From contig JANOQI010000016.1 of the NCBI GenBank assembly GCA_031414775.1, forward strand, positions 128,001 to 192,000: 64,000 nucleotides of DNA. Reading direction: 5' to 3'. Numbering within the stretch: position 1 is the first letter of the stretch; every line of letters starts with the position of its first letter. The position numbers and the translations under genes are program-made. The notes beneath the pieces are model-generated. The model had not been told where the DNA came from. It made no database searches and saw only the letters and a program-made list of their open reading frames with translations. The DNA comes from Synechococcales cyanobacterium VAR_4_metabat_354 (lineage in GTDB: Bacteria; Cyanobacteriota; Cyanobacteriia; Cyanobacteriales; Chamaesiphonaceae). Of this stretch, positions 1 through 10,035 are shown one piece after another.

Positions 1-169
1 CGAGTTTACTGCGGATGATACCCGTATTCAGGTAACATTATCAGACTTGGTCGAACTTACCGATGCCGACTGGCAGCAGCGCTTCACTGGGTCAGCCCTA
101 AAGCGGATTAAGCCCCCCATGTTTCGACGTAACGCCCAAGCTAACCTAGATGGTCTGGCTGATGACTAA
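1..169 (+). CDS. queG: 3' end of probable epoxyqueuosine reductase (partial, runs off window start)
   Basis: Frame from nt 2 reads ...LSDLVELTDADWQQRFTGSALKRIKPPMFRRNAQANLDGLADD*, resembling the C-terminus of cyanobacterial QueG; its stop overlaps the ATG of the next gene. Confidence 0.65.
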   Translation, partial: EFTADDTRIQVTLSDLVELTDADWQQRFTGSALKRIKPPMFRRNAQANLDGLADD

Positions 170-815
170 AACCGTTATCTTTGATTTTGATGGTACTCTG
201 GCCGACACATTTGCAGTCCTCATCGAAATTACCAACGAATTAGCACCGGAGTTTGGCTATCAGCCAGTAGATAAGCAACAAATCACCCAATTGCAAGGAC
301 TCAGCTCCCGCGAAATCGTGAAGATTGCCGGAATTCCCCGTTGGCAAATCCCCTTTTTGCTGCGTCGTTTTAAGCTAGCTTTTCGGCAAAAAACCGATAT
401 GGTCAAGCTTTTTCCGCACATAACTCATTTGCTGCAGACCCTGAAGTATGCTGGCTACAAAATCGGGATTATCAGTTCTAATTCTGTCGATAATATTGAG
501 ACGGTGTTGACTCGATATCAGATTAATCATCTCTTTAGTTTTGTCTACTCCTGCTCAATTTTTGGCAAGAGTCGCGCCATTAATTCGGCTTTGCGCGCTC
601 ATTACGTCAATGCTGATGAGGCGATTTATGTTGGTGATGAAATCCGAGATATCGATGCCGCCAGACGCAGTAAAATTCCCGTGATTGCCGTAACTTGGGG
701 TTTCAATCGTGTGGAAATTTTAACCAAACGCCAGCCCGACTATTTGGCCCATCAGCCCCAAGAAATTATTCAACTGCTGGTCAAGGAAAAAGTCGAAAAT
801 GTCGATCGATCCTAA
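162..815 (+). CDS. HAD-superfamily hydrolase (phosphoglycolate phosphatase-like)
   Basis: Motif I IFDFDGTLAD, motif IV YVGDEIRD; start placed at ATG 162 (MTKTVIF), ORF track start 150. Confidence 0.85.
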   Translation: MTKTVIFDFDGTLADTFAVLIEITNELAPEFGYQPVDKQQITQLQGLSSREIVKIAGIPRWQIPFLLRRFKLAFRQKTDMVKLFPHITHLLQTLKYAGYKIGIISSNSVDNIETVLTRYQINHLFSFVYSCSIFGKSRAINSALRAHYVNADEAIYVGDEIRDIDAARRSKIPVIAVTWGFNRVEILTKRQPDYLAHQPQEIIQLLVKEKVENVDRS

Positions 816-1197
816 TTTACGACTGCCGATCGCCATTAGTTGTGGGGCAATTGCCGGAGCTTTAGGACGACACTATCTGACCATAGCGATTAGCCATTGG
901 TGGGGCACCAGTTTTCCCTGGGGTATTTTTGTGATTAACATCACCGGTTGTTGGCTGATGGGACTAATCTACGGTCTAGTAACTATGCGAGTAATTCATA
1001 TATCATCAGAATTATATATAATGCTTACGACTGGTTTCTTGGGAGCCTATACTACTTTTTCTACTTATGGATTGGGTGTGATCAAATTACTCGAAGCAAG
1101 GTGGATACTGGGTATATCCTATGCCGTAGGAAGTGCTTTTTTCGGCATCATCAGTGTTCGATTAGGTATTATAATGGCTCATTGGTTTAGGAACTAA
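799..1197 (+). CDS. crcB: Fluoride efflux channel CrcB/Fluc
   Basis: GAIAGALGRH, FPWGIFVINITGC and TGFLGAYTTFST signatures; about 4 TM segments. Confidence 0.93.
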   Translation: MSIDPNLRLPIAISCGAIAGALGRHYLTIAISHWWGTSFPWGIFVINITGCWLMGLIYGLVTMRVIHISSELYIMLTTGFLGAYTTFSTYGLGVIKLLEARWILGISYAVGSAFFGIISVRLGIIMAHWFRN

Positions 1198-1211
1198 AAA
1201 ATTATAGGGTC

Positions 1212-2969
1212 ATGTTGCAATCTACCCAACCGTTGGAATATGTCGAATACGCCGCCACAGCTGTCACAGTATTCGGATTAATCATTGCTTTATTCACCGG
1301 TAATTGGCCAATTGTGTTGGTACCACTGGTGTTGTCTCTAAGCTTAAGTGTTTTTAATCGATATCAAAGTGACCAAAACTATCGACGACGCTTGGCGAAA
1401 GCAAATCATGACTTACAATTACAGTACGAACAACTACAACAAGAAATTGTGCAAAGTCGTAGTTTTTCAACATCTTTGGTGAAACAAACTCTGGCTGCCC
1501 AGAAAGCAGAGTTGCCCGCTGCTACCAGTGAACCATTTCATTTTCAATTATTAGAAAAGCGGGTGATCGATCAGCAACGATTAATGACATCTTTTCAGAA
1601 CCACATTGTAGGTGTCGAAAGTACAATTACTAATTTGGTAGAAGCTTTAGATGGAGCAGCAATTCCTGATCGAGTAGAGTACTTGGAGCAAGCAATCTTC
1701 AAGCTGTCCGAGATAACTGGTCTCGATCCAGCCGAAATTTTAAGCCCAATCCTAAGTGGTCATCGACAAATGGCAATTAGTGCGGCGCCCAATCTGTCCG
1801 CCAGTGCTGAAATGTTTAGTCTGGATGATTTGGGTCTAGACGATCCCGAACAGTTTAATTTTTTTGATGATCAGCCCGAACCCACTAGATTGCAAGGAAC
1901 TGATTCTGGGTTTTTTACCAAATCTAAAAATGCTGAACTGAGTATTGACCGAATTGCTGCCGATCTTATATCTGGCGATCTGTTAGGCTCCGATCCCATT
2001 TCTGGGGATTTGGCCTCCGGGGATTTGGGGATTAGCGATAATATATGGGCACGGTCATCTTGGGAACTCAAAACTACGCTCAAGGCTCATACTGACTGGG
2101 TGCGCTGTTTAAGCTTTACTCCCGATACTAATACTTTAATTAGTGGTAGTTTTGACCAATCAATTAAATTTTGGAACCTGGACAATTACCAACTAATTCA
2201 TGATTTGCAGGATCATCACAAGGGAGTGTTTGCCTTGGCAGTGAGTGCTGATGGTCGGACTTTGGCCAGTGGGAGTTGGGATGAAACAATTAAACTGTGG
2301 AATATCCCCACGGGTCAGCTGATTACTAATTTAGAAGGGCACACTGCTTCGGTACGTTCGTTGGCGATGAGTCCGGATAATCAGCTGTTAATCAGTGGTA
2401 GCTTTGACAATAGTATTCGGGTCTGGCATCTGGATTCTGGTGACTTACTTACTACCATGTTGCAAAGTGAGCCGATCGCGGCCATTGCCCTCAATCATAC
2501 TGGCCAGTTGTTGGCTAGTACTGGTGATGATGGTTTGATCAAACTATGGTCAATCAATACTGGTCAAGTTATTGCTCAGCTCACGGGCAATGGTAACTGT
2601 ATTTGTTCTTTGGCCATTAGCCCTACTTCCGATGCGATTGTGGCCGGAACGGTGAGTGGTTCGATCGTTATTTGGGCGATCAATCCCCAGGATGTGAGAA
2701 GCAGCAATCCGCTCCAAAAGTTTAAGGCTCATTCTGGTCAGATTAATGCTTGTATTTTTCATCCGGACGGTCAGTCTTTAGTAACTGGCAGTGTCGATGG
2801 TAAAGCCCGGATTTGGGCGAAAGAAACTGGTAAGAATTTCCGGGAAAAACCTCGCAAAACTCTGCGCGGTGAACCTGGTCGTTCGGTAATGTCTACGGCG
2901 ATTAGTAGTGATGGTCGATCGATCGCTATTGGCGGAGCTGATGGTAGTATCGAAATATGGCGTAGTTGA
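1212..2969 (+). CDS. Membrane-anchored WD40-repeat protein
   Basis: N-terminal hydrophobic segments and coiled coil; about 7 C-terminal WD repeats (AHTDWVRCLSF...SGSFDQSIKFW, GHTASVRSLA...SGSFDNSIRVW). Confidence 0.88.
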   Translation: MLQSTQPLEYVEYAATAVTVFGLIIALFTGNWPIVLVPLVLSLSLSVFNRYQSDQNYRRRLAKANHDLQLQYEQLQQEIVQSRSFSTSLVKQTLAAQKAELPAATSEPFHFQLLEKRVIDQQRLMTSFQNHIVGVESTITNLVEALDGAAIPDRVEYLEQAIFKLSEITGLDPAEILSPILSGHRQMAISAAPNLSASAEMFSLDDLGLDDPEQFNFFDDQPEPTRLQGTDSGFFTKSKNAELSIDRIAADLISGDLLGSDPISGDLASGDLGISDNIWARSSWELKTTLKAHTDWVRCLSFTPDTNTLISGSFDQSIKFWNLDNYQLIHDLQDHHKGVFALAVSADGRTLASGSWDETIKLWNIPTGQLITNLEGHTASVRSLAMSPDNQLLISGSFDNSIRVWHLDSGDLLTTMLQSEPIAAIALNHTGQLLASTGDDGLIKLWSINTGQVIAQLTGNGNCICSLAISPTSDAIVAGTVSGSIVIWAINPQDVRSSNPLQKFKAHSGQINACIFHPDGQSLVTGSVDGKARIWAKETGKNFREKPRKTLRGEPGRSVMSTAISSDGRSIAIGGADGSIEIWRS

Positions 2970-2994
2970 CGTTATTGCCAAACAACTCAACTAA

Positions 2995-4890
2995 TTAGCT
3001 CAAAGGGATCGTGAAGTGAAATTCACTACCCTTATTTTTGCCACCTGATTCTGCCCAGATTTCGCCACCCCAGCTCAAGACGGCTTGCCGACAGATTGCT
3101 AAACCTAAGCCAGTGCCACCAGTGGTGCGCCGCAGTGAACCTTCCTCTTGATAGAACCGCTCAAAGACAGCTTGGAGCAGATTCGGCTCAATGCCTCGGC
3201 CAGTATCAGCAATGATCACTTCTAGCATGAGCTGACGACTTTGGGCTTGGATGGTGATACTACCCTTGCTAGTGGTGAATTTGTAGGCGTTGTCTAAGAG
3301 CTTGCTTAAGACCTCCACCAGCCATTCTCCATCTAATTTAACTAGGGGTAAATCATCAGCAATATCGACGATAATTTGGGGCGTATCATGCTGGTGATTG
3401 CGAGTCTTCATGCCGCTCATGGCCAGATCAACACATTCGCGCAGAGCCAAATTCTCCGGATGCCATTGAAAACGACCACTTTCTAGCTGAGAGAGAGTGA
3501 GAAAATCTTGGATGAGTTTGCGCATCCGTTCACTATCGGATAGGGCGGTACTAAGCATCACTTGCCGCATCTCGATCGACATATCTGGATCGCTAGCCAG
3601 ACTTTCGAGACAAATTTGAATAGTCGATAAGGGTGTGCGTAATTCGTGACCAGTAATTGCCACCAAATTGCCACGAATGCGATCGAGCACCGCCAGCTGT
3701 TCGTTCAGATATTCTAAGTGGGTGTAGGCTTCGGCCTGGATCAAAGCGCTGCCTACATGGGTCGCTACCGCTTCGACCAAGCTAATTTCTTCCGGTAACC
3801 ACTGGCGGGTGGTCGATTCACAGTGATGTAATTCAATCATCCCCAGCAGCCGATCTTGGGAAAGGACTGGCACCAAAAGTAGGTCAACAATTTGGTATTT
3901 GGTAACTAGTTCGGCCATGTTGGAATTGAGATGGTCAGCAGCCAAAAGAGTGCTGGGAAGACGGGTGGTAATCACTTCTTGGAGGAGGGGGTGAGTACTG
4001 AGATCCCAACTATGACTAGCCAAAGAAGCAATATCGGGCTGGCTAATATATTCGTAATTAATGGTGGCAATGTCGGCACCAGCTTGATAACGATAAATTA
4101 AGCAGCGGCTAGCTTGCATCGCTTCGCCCAGTTCTTTGACGGCTACTTGTAAAATTTCATCGGGTTTGACAGAGCTGCGGAGGGCACTGGCAATTAGGTT
4201 AACCAGTCTTTCTCGATTTTCTTGAGCGGCGATCGATCGATAGGCTTTGATTAGTTTATATTGGCCAGCCTGAAGATAGGTTACCAATCGTTGCACGAAG
4301 GCATCAGCACTAGCCGAGCCAGTTTCAGTAGTAATTATTGGTGCAGCAGCTAGCTCGATTTGAATTTTCTGAAGCTGTTTCTTGAGCTTCGGTCGATACT
4401 TAGCAACTCGGCCTAATAATATTTGAGCAGCATCAATTGCTATCTGTCGATCGAATGTCCAGATTCCATCAAAACGCTGGGAAGATTCTAGTCCTTGGGC
4501 GTTAGTCCACTCGCCAGTACGTTCTTGGCAAATTAAACAGGCTGCCGAATTTTCACCAATCACCACCAAGTTCCATTCTTGAGCTAAGCCATCATTGGGA
4601 TTGATCGGAATCAGTACATAGTCGGTGGCGGGAATCTTACTACTTTCCATGACGGATAAGACGTAAGCTCGGTCGGTCTGGGCGGCAATGCGCTGGTAGC
4701 GGTGCGCTTCTTGCCGGTAAAATCGCTCTTCTTGAAAAGTAGCAATTACCAATGGTCGATCGGCACCAGCTAGAACAAGATCTTCCATAGCCCGCGACAG
4801 AGCAGTCAGTGAAGACTTGAAATAAAGGTGTGGACGCAGGTGGGAATGTTGGCTTAGTAACTCTGTCAGGACAGAATCGGAGATGCTCAT
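2995..4890 (-). CDS. DICT-GAF sensor histidine kinase
   Basis: DICT-like N-terminus (YFKSSLTALSRAMED...FQEERFYRQEAHRY), GAF, H-box GHELRTPL, N-box LLDNAYKFT, G-boxes DTGRGI and GTGLGLAI. Confidence 0.9.
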   Translation of the reverse strand: MSISDSVLTELLSQHSHLRPHLYFKSSLTALSRAMEDLVLAGADRPLVIATFQEERFYRQEAHRYQRIAAQTDRAYVLSVMESSKIPATDYVLIPINPNDGLAQEWNLVVIGENSAACLICQERTGEWTNAQGLESSQRFDGIWTFDRQIAIDAAQILLGRVAKYRPKLKKQLQKIQIELAAAPIITTETGSASADAFVQRLVTYLQAGQYKLIKAYRSIAAQENRERLVNLIASALRSSVKPDEILQVAVKELGEAMQASRCLIYRYQAGADIATINYEYISQPDIASLASHSWDLSTHPLLQEVITTRLPSTLLAADHLNSNMAELVTKYQIVDLLLVPVLSQDRLLGMIELHHCESTTRQWLPEEISLVEAVATHVGSALIQAEAYTHLEYLNEQLAVLDRIRGNLVAITGHELRTPLSTIQICLESLASDPDMSIEMRQVMLSTALSDSERMRKLIQDFLTLSQLESGRFQWHPENLALRECVDLAMSGMKTRNHQHDTPQIIVDIADDLPLVKLDGEWLVEVLSKLLDNAYKFTTSKGSITIQAQSRQLMLEVIIADTGRGIEPNLLQAVFERFYQEEGSLRRTTGGTGLGLAICRQAVLSWGGEIWAESGGKNKGSEFHFTIPLS

Positions 4891-5137
4891 GAACCCGCCT
4901 TCAATAAGGCTCTGACATTATCTACGCCTAATTTTAGCTTAGATGGTCATGTAGTTTAGATGTTGAGGGTTAGATGGTTGTGAAAAGTTACAGTTTGCCA
5001 CTTTTTGCTTTGGAGACAAACGCCGCACAGCTTTATCGGTTAGCAGCTGATCGGTATTCGCTCCAGGCACAACAGACAGCCAACAACAACTCACCATGTG
5101 GTAGGATAGAAGGCTGTGTCTTAAACCAGATATATCC

Positions 5138-5335
5138 ATGCCCAAACTCAAAACCCGGCGCGCCGCAGCCAAGCGCTTCCGTGCCACCGGCACCGGCAAA
5201 ATCATGCGCCGCAAAGCCTTCAAGAGCCACCTACTTGAGCACAAAAGCTCTACCCAGCGCCGTAACTTATCCAAAATGGCCGTAGTTGACGAAACCGACA
5301 CCGCCCGCGTGCGGGGAATGCTGCCTTACTTGTAG
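5138..5335 (+). CDS. rpmI: 50S ribosomal protein L35
   Basis: [21 protein letters not shown]; precedes rplT. Confidence 0.97.
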   Translation: MPKLKTRRAAAKRFRATGTGKIMRRKAFKSHLLEHKSSTQRRNLSKMAVVDETDTARVRGMLPYL

Positions 5336-5448
5336 CGCACGCTTATTCCAGTCAGCCTGGTAGCTTGAGGAATGCCGACAGCAATCGCTGTTTTATAAAG
5401 CCGTAGAGCCATTCAAAATCACCATAGACTAATACAAATACCTAAACC

Positions 5449-5802
5449 ATGACCAGAGTTAAGCGCGGTAATGTAGCCCGCAAACATCGTAATAAGATCT
5501 TAAAGTTAGCCAAAGGCTTCCGGGGTTCCCACTCCAAGCTATTTCGGGTAGCGAACCAACAAGTAATGAAGGCGCTCCGCAACGCCTACCGCGATCGCAA
5601 GAAAAAGAAACGCGATTTTCGCAGGCTATGGATTGCTCGAGTCAATGCTGCTTCCAGACAACACGGCATCAGCTACAGCCAATTGATTGGCGGCCTAAAG
5701 AAAGCTAACATTCATCTGAATCGAAAGATGCTAGCTCAGTTGGCTATCCAAGATGCTAATAGCTTTGAGCAGATTGTGAAACTGGCGATTGCTGCTAAGT
5801 AA
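5449..5802 (+). CDS. rplT: 50S ribosomal protein L20
   Basis: [12 protein letters not shown]...[13 protein letters not shown]. Confidence 0.98.
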   Translation: MTRVKRGNVARKHRNKILKLAKGFRGSHSKLFRVANQQVMKALRNAYRDRKKKKRDFRRLWIARVNAASRQHGISYSQLIGGLKKANIHLNRKMLAQLAIQDANSFEQIVKLAIAAK

Positions 5803-5832
5803 AACCAAGTACCAAAAATGCGAGGATAGAAC

Positions 5833-6609
5833 ATGCCTAAGTCCATAGCGCTGCTGATTCTATCCTTGGTACTATTGCCTAACCAGGTAGCAGCCGAAAG
5901 CTTACAAGGCATTCGAGAAAGAGGACGGTTGATTGTCGCAGTAAAAGACAACACCCGTCCTTTGGGCTTTAAAGGCACAAATGGCCAATTACAGGGCTTA
6001 GAAATAGACATTGCCCGACGCTTAAGCCAAGAAATTTTAGGAAAAGCAGACAAAGTAGATTTTCAACCAGTTAAAAATCAAGAGCGGTTGCGGGTATTGC
6101 TTGATGGACGAGTAGATTTAACGATTGCTAGGCTAAGTGTCAACACATCTAGATCCCGTGTCATAGACTTTAGCCGTCCCTATTATCGAGAAACCACCGG
6201 GATTATCACCAATAGCCCCAATATCCGGCAACATAAGGATTTGGTTCAAAAAAGAGTAGCAGTTTTGAAAGGTTCTAGTACTGCTCTTGTGCTCACTAGT
6301 CGCCTTCCCCAAGCTAAATTAGTCCCAGTCGCCAGCTACCAAGCCGCGAAAAATTTACTCGATCGACATCAGGTAGATGCTTTTGCCACTGATAAAAGCT
6401 TGCTAGTGGGCTGGGTGCAAGAATATCCCCAATACCAATTGTTGTCTGGTGCCCTGCCGGGGAACACTTTGGATGCTAGAGAATCGATCGCGATTGCGAT
6501 GCCCCGCGGGCGGAAGTACGATCCGCTGTGGCGATTTGTGGACGAAACTCTCCAAAAATGGGAAAAGGAAGGATGGCTGCAAGCCAGAATTCGTTACTGG
6601 GGACTGTGA
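5833..6609 (+). CDS. Polar amino-acid ABC transporter substrate-binding protein (SBP_bac_3)
   Basis: Signal peptide; IRERGRLIVAVKDN.RPLGF...GLEIDIARRL, GRVDLTIA. Confidence 0.85.
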   Translation: MPKSIALLILSLVLLPNQVAAESLQGIRERGRLIVAVKDNTRPLGFKGTNGQLQGLEIDIARRLSQEILGKADKVDFQPVKNQERLRVLLDGRVDLTIARLSVNTSRSRVIDFSRPYYRETTGIITNSPNIRQHKDLVQKRVAVLKGSSTALVLTSRLPQAKLVPVASYQAAKNLLDRHQVDAFATDKSLLVGWVQEYPQYQLLSGALPGNTLDARESIAIAMPRGRKYDPLWRFVDETLQKWEKEGWLQARIRYWGL

Positions 6610-6649
6610 GTTGCTAAAGTATTAACTGTTAGCCAAATAAATTTAATAT

Positions 6650-7195
6650 ATGGATTTTCCCAATCTTCAAGATATGTTCAGCAGCTTGCCTCTCATTTAT
6701 CTAGCGGCTTTTGTGGCACTCCTCGCCGTTGCTGGAGTGGTAGTTGTTAGACAAGTGCTGAAAAATCGATCGATCGAAAGCGATTTAGGTAAGCTAGAAA
6801 AGAAGGTGAAGTCAGCAGACTGTACTGCTGAAGACTACTACGCCTTGGCTAGTATTTATTTAGATAAAAAATTGTTTGTGCAAGCAGTAATTTTGTTAAA
6901 TAAAGCACTCAAGTCCAAGACCACTAATTCTGATGACTTTGCGCCGGTTCATAATGCTTTAGGCTATGCCTATGAGTGCCAAGAGCAGTACGATGTGGCG
7001 ATCCGTAACTATAAAGAAGCCATCAAGCAAGATCCGAACTATGTGACGGCTATGAATAATTTGGGTCATGCCTACGAACAAAAAAAACTCACGTCGCAGG
7101 CGCTGGAAATTTATGACCAGGCGCTGCAACTCGACCCCGAAAATGAAACTGCTAATCGACGGGCAGAGTCTCTACGACGGCGCTTAGTGGCCTAA
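6650..7195 (+). CDS. ycf37: TPR membrane protein, Ycf37-like (PSI assembly)
   Basis: N-terminal TM then TPRs (YYALASIYLDKKLFVQA, HNALGYAY, AMNNLGHAYEQKKL). Confidence 0.75.
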   Translation: MDFPNLQDMFSSLPLIYLAAFVALLAVAGVVVVRQVLKNRSIESDLGKLEKKVKSADCTAEDYYALASIYLDKKLFVQAVILLNKALKSKTTNSDDFAPVHNALGYAYECQEQYDVAIRNYKEAIKQDPNYVTAMNNLGHAYEQKKLTSQALEIYDQALQLDPENETANRRAESLRRRLVA

Positions 7196-7198
7196 ATA

Positions 7199-7924
7199 AT
7201 GGTCAAAAAAATTGTGTTCGTTTTAGGCACCCTCAGCTGTGCGGCTTTAGTTGGGGGGATATTGTTCTACAACGGGATCGTCGCTATCCACGATCCCAAT
7301 CGCCAGCAATTTCCAGTGAGAGGAATTGATATTTCCGCCCACCAACGTCAAATCGATTGGGGCGAAGTTGCCAAGCAGAAAGAAGCTGATTTCGTTGTAA
7401 TTAAAGCTACTGAGGGTGGAGACTTTCGGGATAGCCGGTTTTCTGAAAACTGGAAAAATGCCAAGAAAGTTGGCTTAGCACGCGGCGCTTATCACTTTTT
7501 CACTTTTTGCAAGCCTGGAAAAATCCAAGCCCAAAATTTTATTGCTACGGTACCTGTGGAATCTCAGACTTTGCCCCCAATAGTAGACTTGGAATTCAGC
7601 GGTAATTGTCAAAAACACCCTTCAGCTTCAGCGTTACAAGAAGAACTGACTGAGTACTTGCAAGAAATTCAAAAAAACTATCAGCAAACTCCAATCCTCT
7701 ATGTTACCCACGAATTTTATGATGCCTATTTACAAAATAAATTCACTAATAACCCGATTTGGATTAGCAACTTTTACACTACCCCGACTCTTTCTGACCA
7801 GCGCTCTTGGACATTCTGGCAATACAGCGAACGCGGCAAAATTGCGGGAGTGAATGGATTGATCGATCGCAATGTCTTTAATGGTAGTTATCAGCAGTTC
7901 AAACAACTTCTCAAACAATCCTAA
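7199..7924 (+). CDS. Glycoside hydrolase family 25 muramidase (lysozyme)
   Basis: RGIDISAHQ, IKATEGGDF, RGAYHFF, LPPIVDLEF (DxE), WTFWQYS. Confidence 0.9.
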   Translation: MVKKIVFVLGTLSCAALVGGILFYNGIVAIHDPNRQQFPVRGIDISAHQRQIDWGEVAKQKEADFVVIKATEGGDFRDSRFSENWKNAKKVGLARGAYHFFTFCKPGKIQAQNFIATVPVESQTLPPIVDLEFSGNCQKHPSASALQEELTEYLQEIQKNYQQTPILYVTHEFYDAYLQNKFTNNPIWISNFYTTPTLSDQRSWTFWQYSERGKIAGVNGLIDRNVFNGSYQQFKQLLKQS

Positions 7925-7928
7925 AAAA

Positions 7929-9551
7929 ATGCAAGTTATCTGGTTTTTGCTCCAAGCCTCTTGGCAGAGTATGACGACCGCCATTATTACTGGCCTGATC
8001 AGTGGGGTCGGCAGTGCGGCGCTGATTGCAATTATCAACACAGCGGTGAATGGTAGTAGTTCGGCCAGCTGGCTCTGGCCGTTTTTGGGTATTTCGGTGA
8101 TGGCGTTGTTCACTGGGATTATTTCCCAGTTTGTATTGATCGATTTAGCCCAAAACTCTGTTTACAATCTCCGGCTGAGCCTCAGTCGGCGGATTTTGGC
8201 TGCTCCTTTTCAGCAACTAGAAGAACTGGGCGCTAGCAAGCTATTGGCCAGCTTAACCGAAGATGTAACGGTACTTTCTAATACTGTTTCAATCATTCCT
8301 TTCTTTTGTATTGATATTGCGATTATCGCTAGTTGTTTGGTCTATCTGGCTTTTTTATCGGGTGTTGTGTTTGTCGTCACCATTGTTTTGATTATTTTGA
8401 GCATTGTAATTATTCAGTTAATGATTATCCGTGCTAACAAACTATTTTATGGAGCTAGGGAAGAGGATGATCGACTGTTGCAACTCTTTCGATCGATCAC
8501 CGATGGGATCAAGGAACTAAAACTTCACTGGCAACGCCGTCAAGACTTTGTCGATGTGGAACTGAGCGAGAGCGCTGGGGTATCTCGCGATCGGAATATT
8601 AAAGGTCTAAGAATTTTTGCGGTCGCTGCCACAATTGGTCAATTAATTTTTTCCTTGGTGATGGGGATTTTGATTTTTGGAATGCCCCAGCTATTACAGC
8701 TAAATATTGCGACTCTGAGTGGTTATGTTTTGACCCTGACTTACTTGATGACCCCGTTCCAAAATATTTTGCAACGGCTGCCATCATTACTCCGCGCCAA
8801 TGTAGCCATTCGGAAAATTGAAAATATGGGGCTAGCTCTAGCCCAATCTGCCGAAATTATCCAACCACCAGCGTCTACTCTGCCCGAAGTAGAAACGCTG
8901 GAACTATACAATATTAACCATACCTATCAGGGCGATGAGCAAAGCTTTCATTTGGGATCTATCGATTTGAAGTTTACCAGTGGTCAGTTGGTGTTTATTG
9001 TAGGCGGCAATGGTAGCGGCAAATCAACGCTGGCCAAGCTGTTGACTGGTTTATATATTCCCGAACTAGGCGAGATTAAGCTTAATGGTCAAGCTATTAC
9101 CAATGAAAATCGGGAGTGGTATCGGCAACATTTCGCGGTAGTATTTGCTGATTTCTTTTTGTTTGAAAAACTGTTGGGCTTAGGCCAAGATGCCACTCAA
9201 CTGGATGCTGAAGCCCAACGTTATTTGCAACTTTTGCAAATTGAGCACAAAGTACAGGTCAAAGATGGAGTGCTATCAACCACCAATCTTTCCCAGGGAC
9301 AACGGAAGCGGTTAGCATTACTGACGGCCTATTTGGAAGATCGCCCGATTTACCTGTTTGATGAATGGGCCGCCGATCAAGATCCATTATTTCGAGATAT
9401 CTTTTACAAGCAGTTACTCCCACAATTGAAGCAGCGCGGCAAGTTAGTATTTGCCATTAGTCATGACGATCGATACTTTTCGGTAGCCGATCGATTAATA
9501 AAACTCGATTACGGTCAGGTCGAATACGACAAGGTTCAGCTGTCTAATTAA
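7929..9551 (+). CDS. Cyclic peptide export ABC transporter (PvdE/SyrD/YojI family)
   Basis: TM domain with GIKELKLH, Walker A GGNGSGKST, LSQGQRKRLALL, FDEWAADQDP; start at ATG 7929. Confidence 0.9.
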   Translation: MQVIWFLLQASWQSMTTAIITGLISGVGSAALIAIINTAVNGSSSASWLWPFLGISVMALFTGIISQFVLIDLAQNSVYNLRLSLSRRILAAPFQQLEELGASKLLASLTEDVTVLSNTVSIIPFFCIDIAIIASCLVYLAFLSGVVFVVTIVLIILSIVIIQLMIIRANKLFYGAREEDDRLLQLFRSITDGIKELKLHWQRRQDFVDVELSESAGVSRDRNIKGLRIFAVAATIGQLIFSLVMGILIFGMPQLLQLNIATLSGYVLTLTYLMTPFQNILQRLPSLLRANVAIRKIENMGLALAQSAEIIQPPASTLPEVETLELYNINHTYQGDEQSFHLGSIDLKFTSGQLVFIVGGNGSGKSTLAKLLTGLYIPELGEIKLNGQAITNENREWYRQHFAVVFADFFLFEKLLGLGQDATQLDAEAQRYLQLLQIEHKVQVKDGVLSTTNLSQGQRKRLALLTAYLEDRPIYLFDEWAADQDPLFRDIFYKQLLPQLKQRGKLVFAISHDDRYFSVADRLIKLDYGQVEYDKVQLSN

Positions 9552-9714
9552 TCTAGAATAATGCTGTGATTCCTTGATGTGATCGATCGGTTATTTGTGA
9601 TGTTGGGGGAAGAGGTACAACACGGAGGATCGTGACCCTATATTAGTTACCCGACCCCCAGCTACATTTAAAGCGCGATTGCCGTGTTCGCTATAGCGCA
9701 TGCTTAGCCATCAG

Positions 9715-9933
9715 CTACTGACCAGCCGCAAGTGCCTGGACATCTTTCGTGGTCAGAGGATTGCCACCAATTCCCCAGTCACCACTCTTGACCTCTTCGA
9801 CAACAACCCACGTCACTGGACGCAGGTTCTCGCCTTCGATCGACACCATTGTATCGGTCAGCTTGCGGATCATCTCCTGCTTTTGCGTTGACGTGAAAAC
9901 ACCTTCGATTACTTTTACATTTACTAAGGGCAT
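9715..9933 (-). CDS. 4-oxalocrotonate tautomerase family protein
   Basis: MPLVNVKVIEG (catalytic Pro1), 72 aa, VVVEEVKSGDWGIGG; GGAG RBS upstream. Confidence 0.88.
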   Translation of the reverse strand: MPLVNVKVIEGVFTSTQKQEMIRKLTDTMVSIEGENLRPVTWVVVEEVKSGDWGIGGNPLTTKDVQALAAGQ

Positions 9934-9975
9934 AGCTTTTCTCCAGCTTGTGATTTTTATTCGTAAAGATAAAAT

Positions 9976-10024
9976 ACGACCGTTCGTGCTTTTATCTATT
10001 TTGATAATAACGACCGTTCGTGCT
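9976..10024. promoter_or_regulatory. Two probable TetR operator sites
   Basis: ACGACCGTTCGTGCT occurs identically at 9976-9990 and 10010-10024; each has an ACGA-N4-TCGT dyad; located between divergent tautomerase and TetR genes. Confidence 0.7.
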
Positions 10025-10035
10025 ATTGTCAAGTT

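Noticed and set aside
4939..4980. Three TTAGATG(G/T)T direct repeats upstream of the histidine kinase
   Set aside because: Short, irregular spacing (17 and 14 bp); may be chance.
4974..5285. 103-aa ORF overlapping rpmI, and antisense ORF 4939-5301
   Set aside because: Alternative frames over a bona fide ribosomal protein gene, with no recognisable motif.
9933..10032. N-terminal extension of the tautomerase ORF (105-aa version)
   Set aside because: The family needs Pro1 after the initiator Met; the extension spans the operator region.
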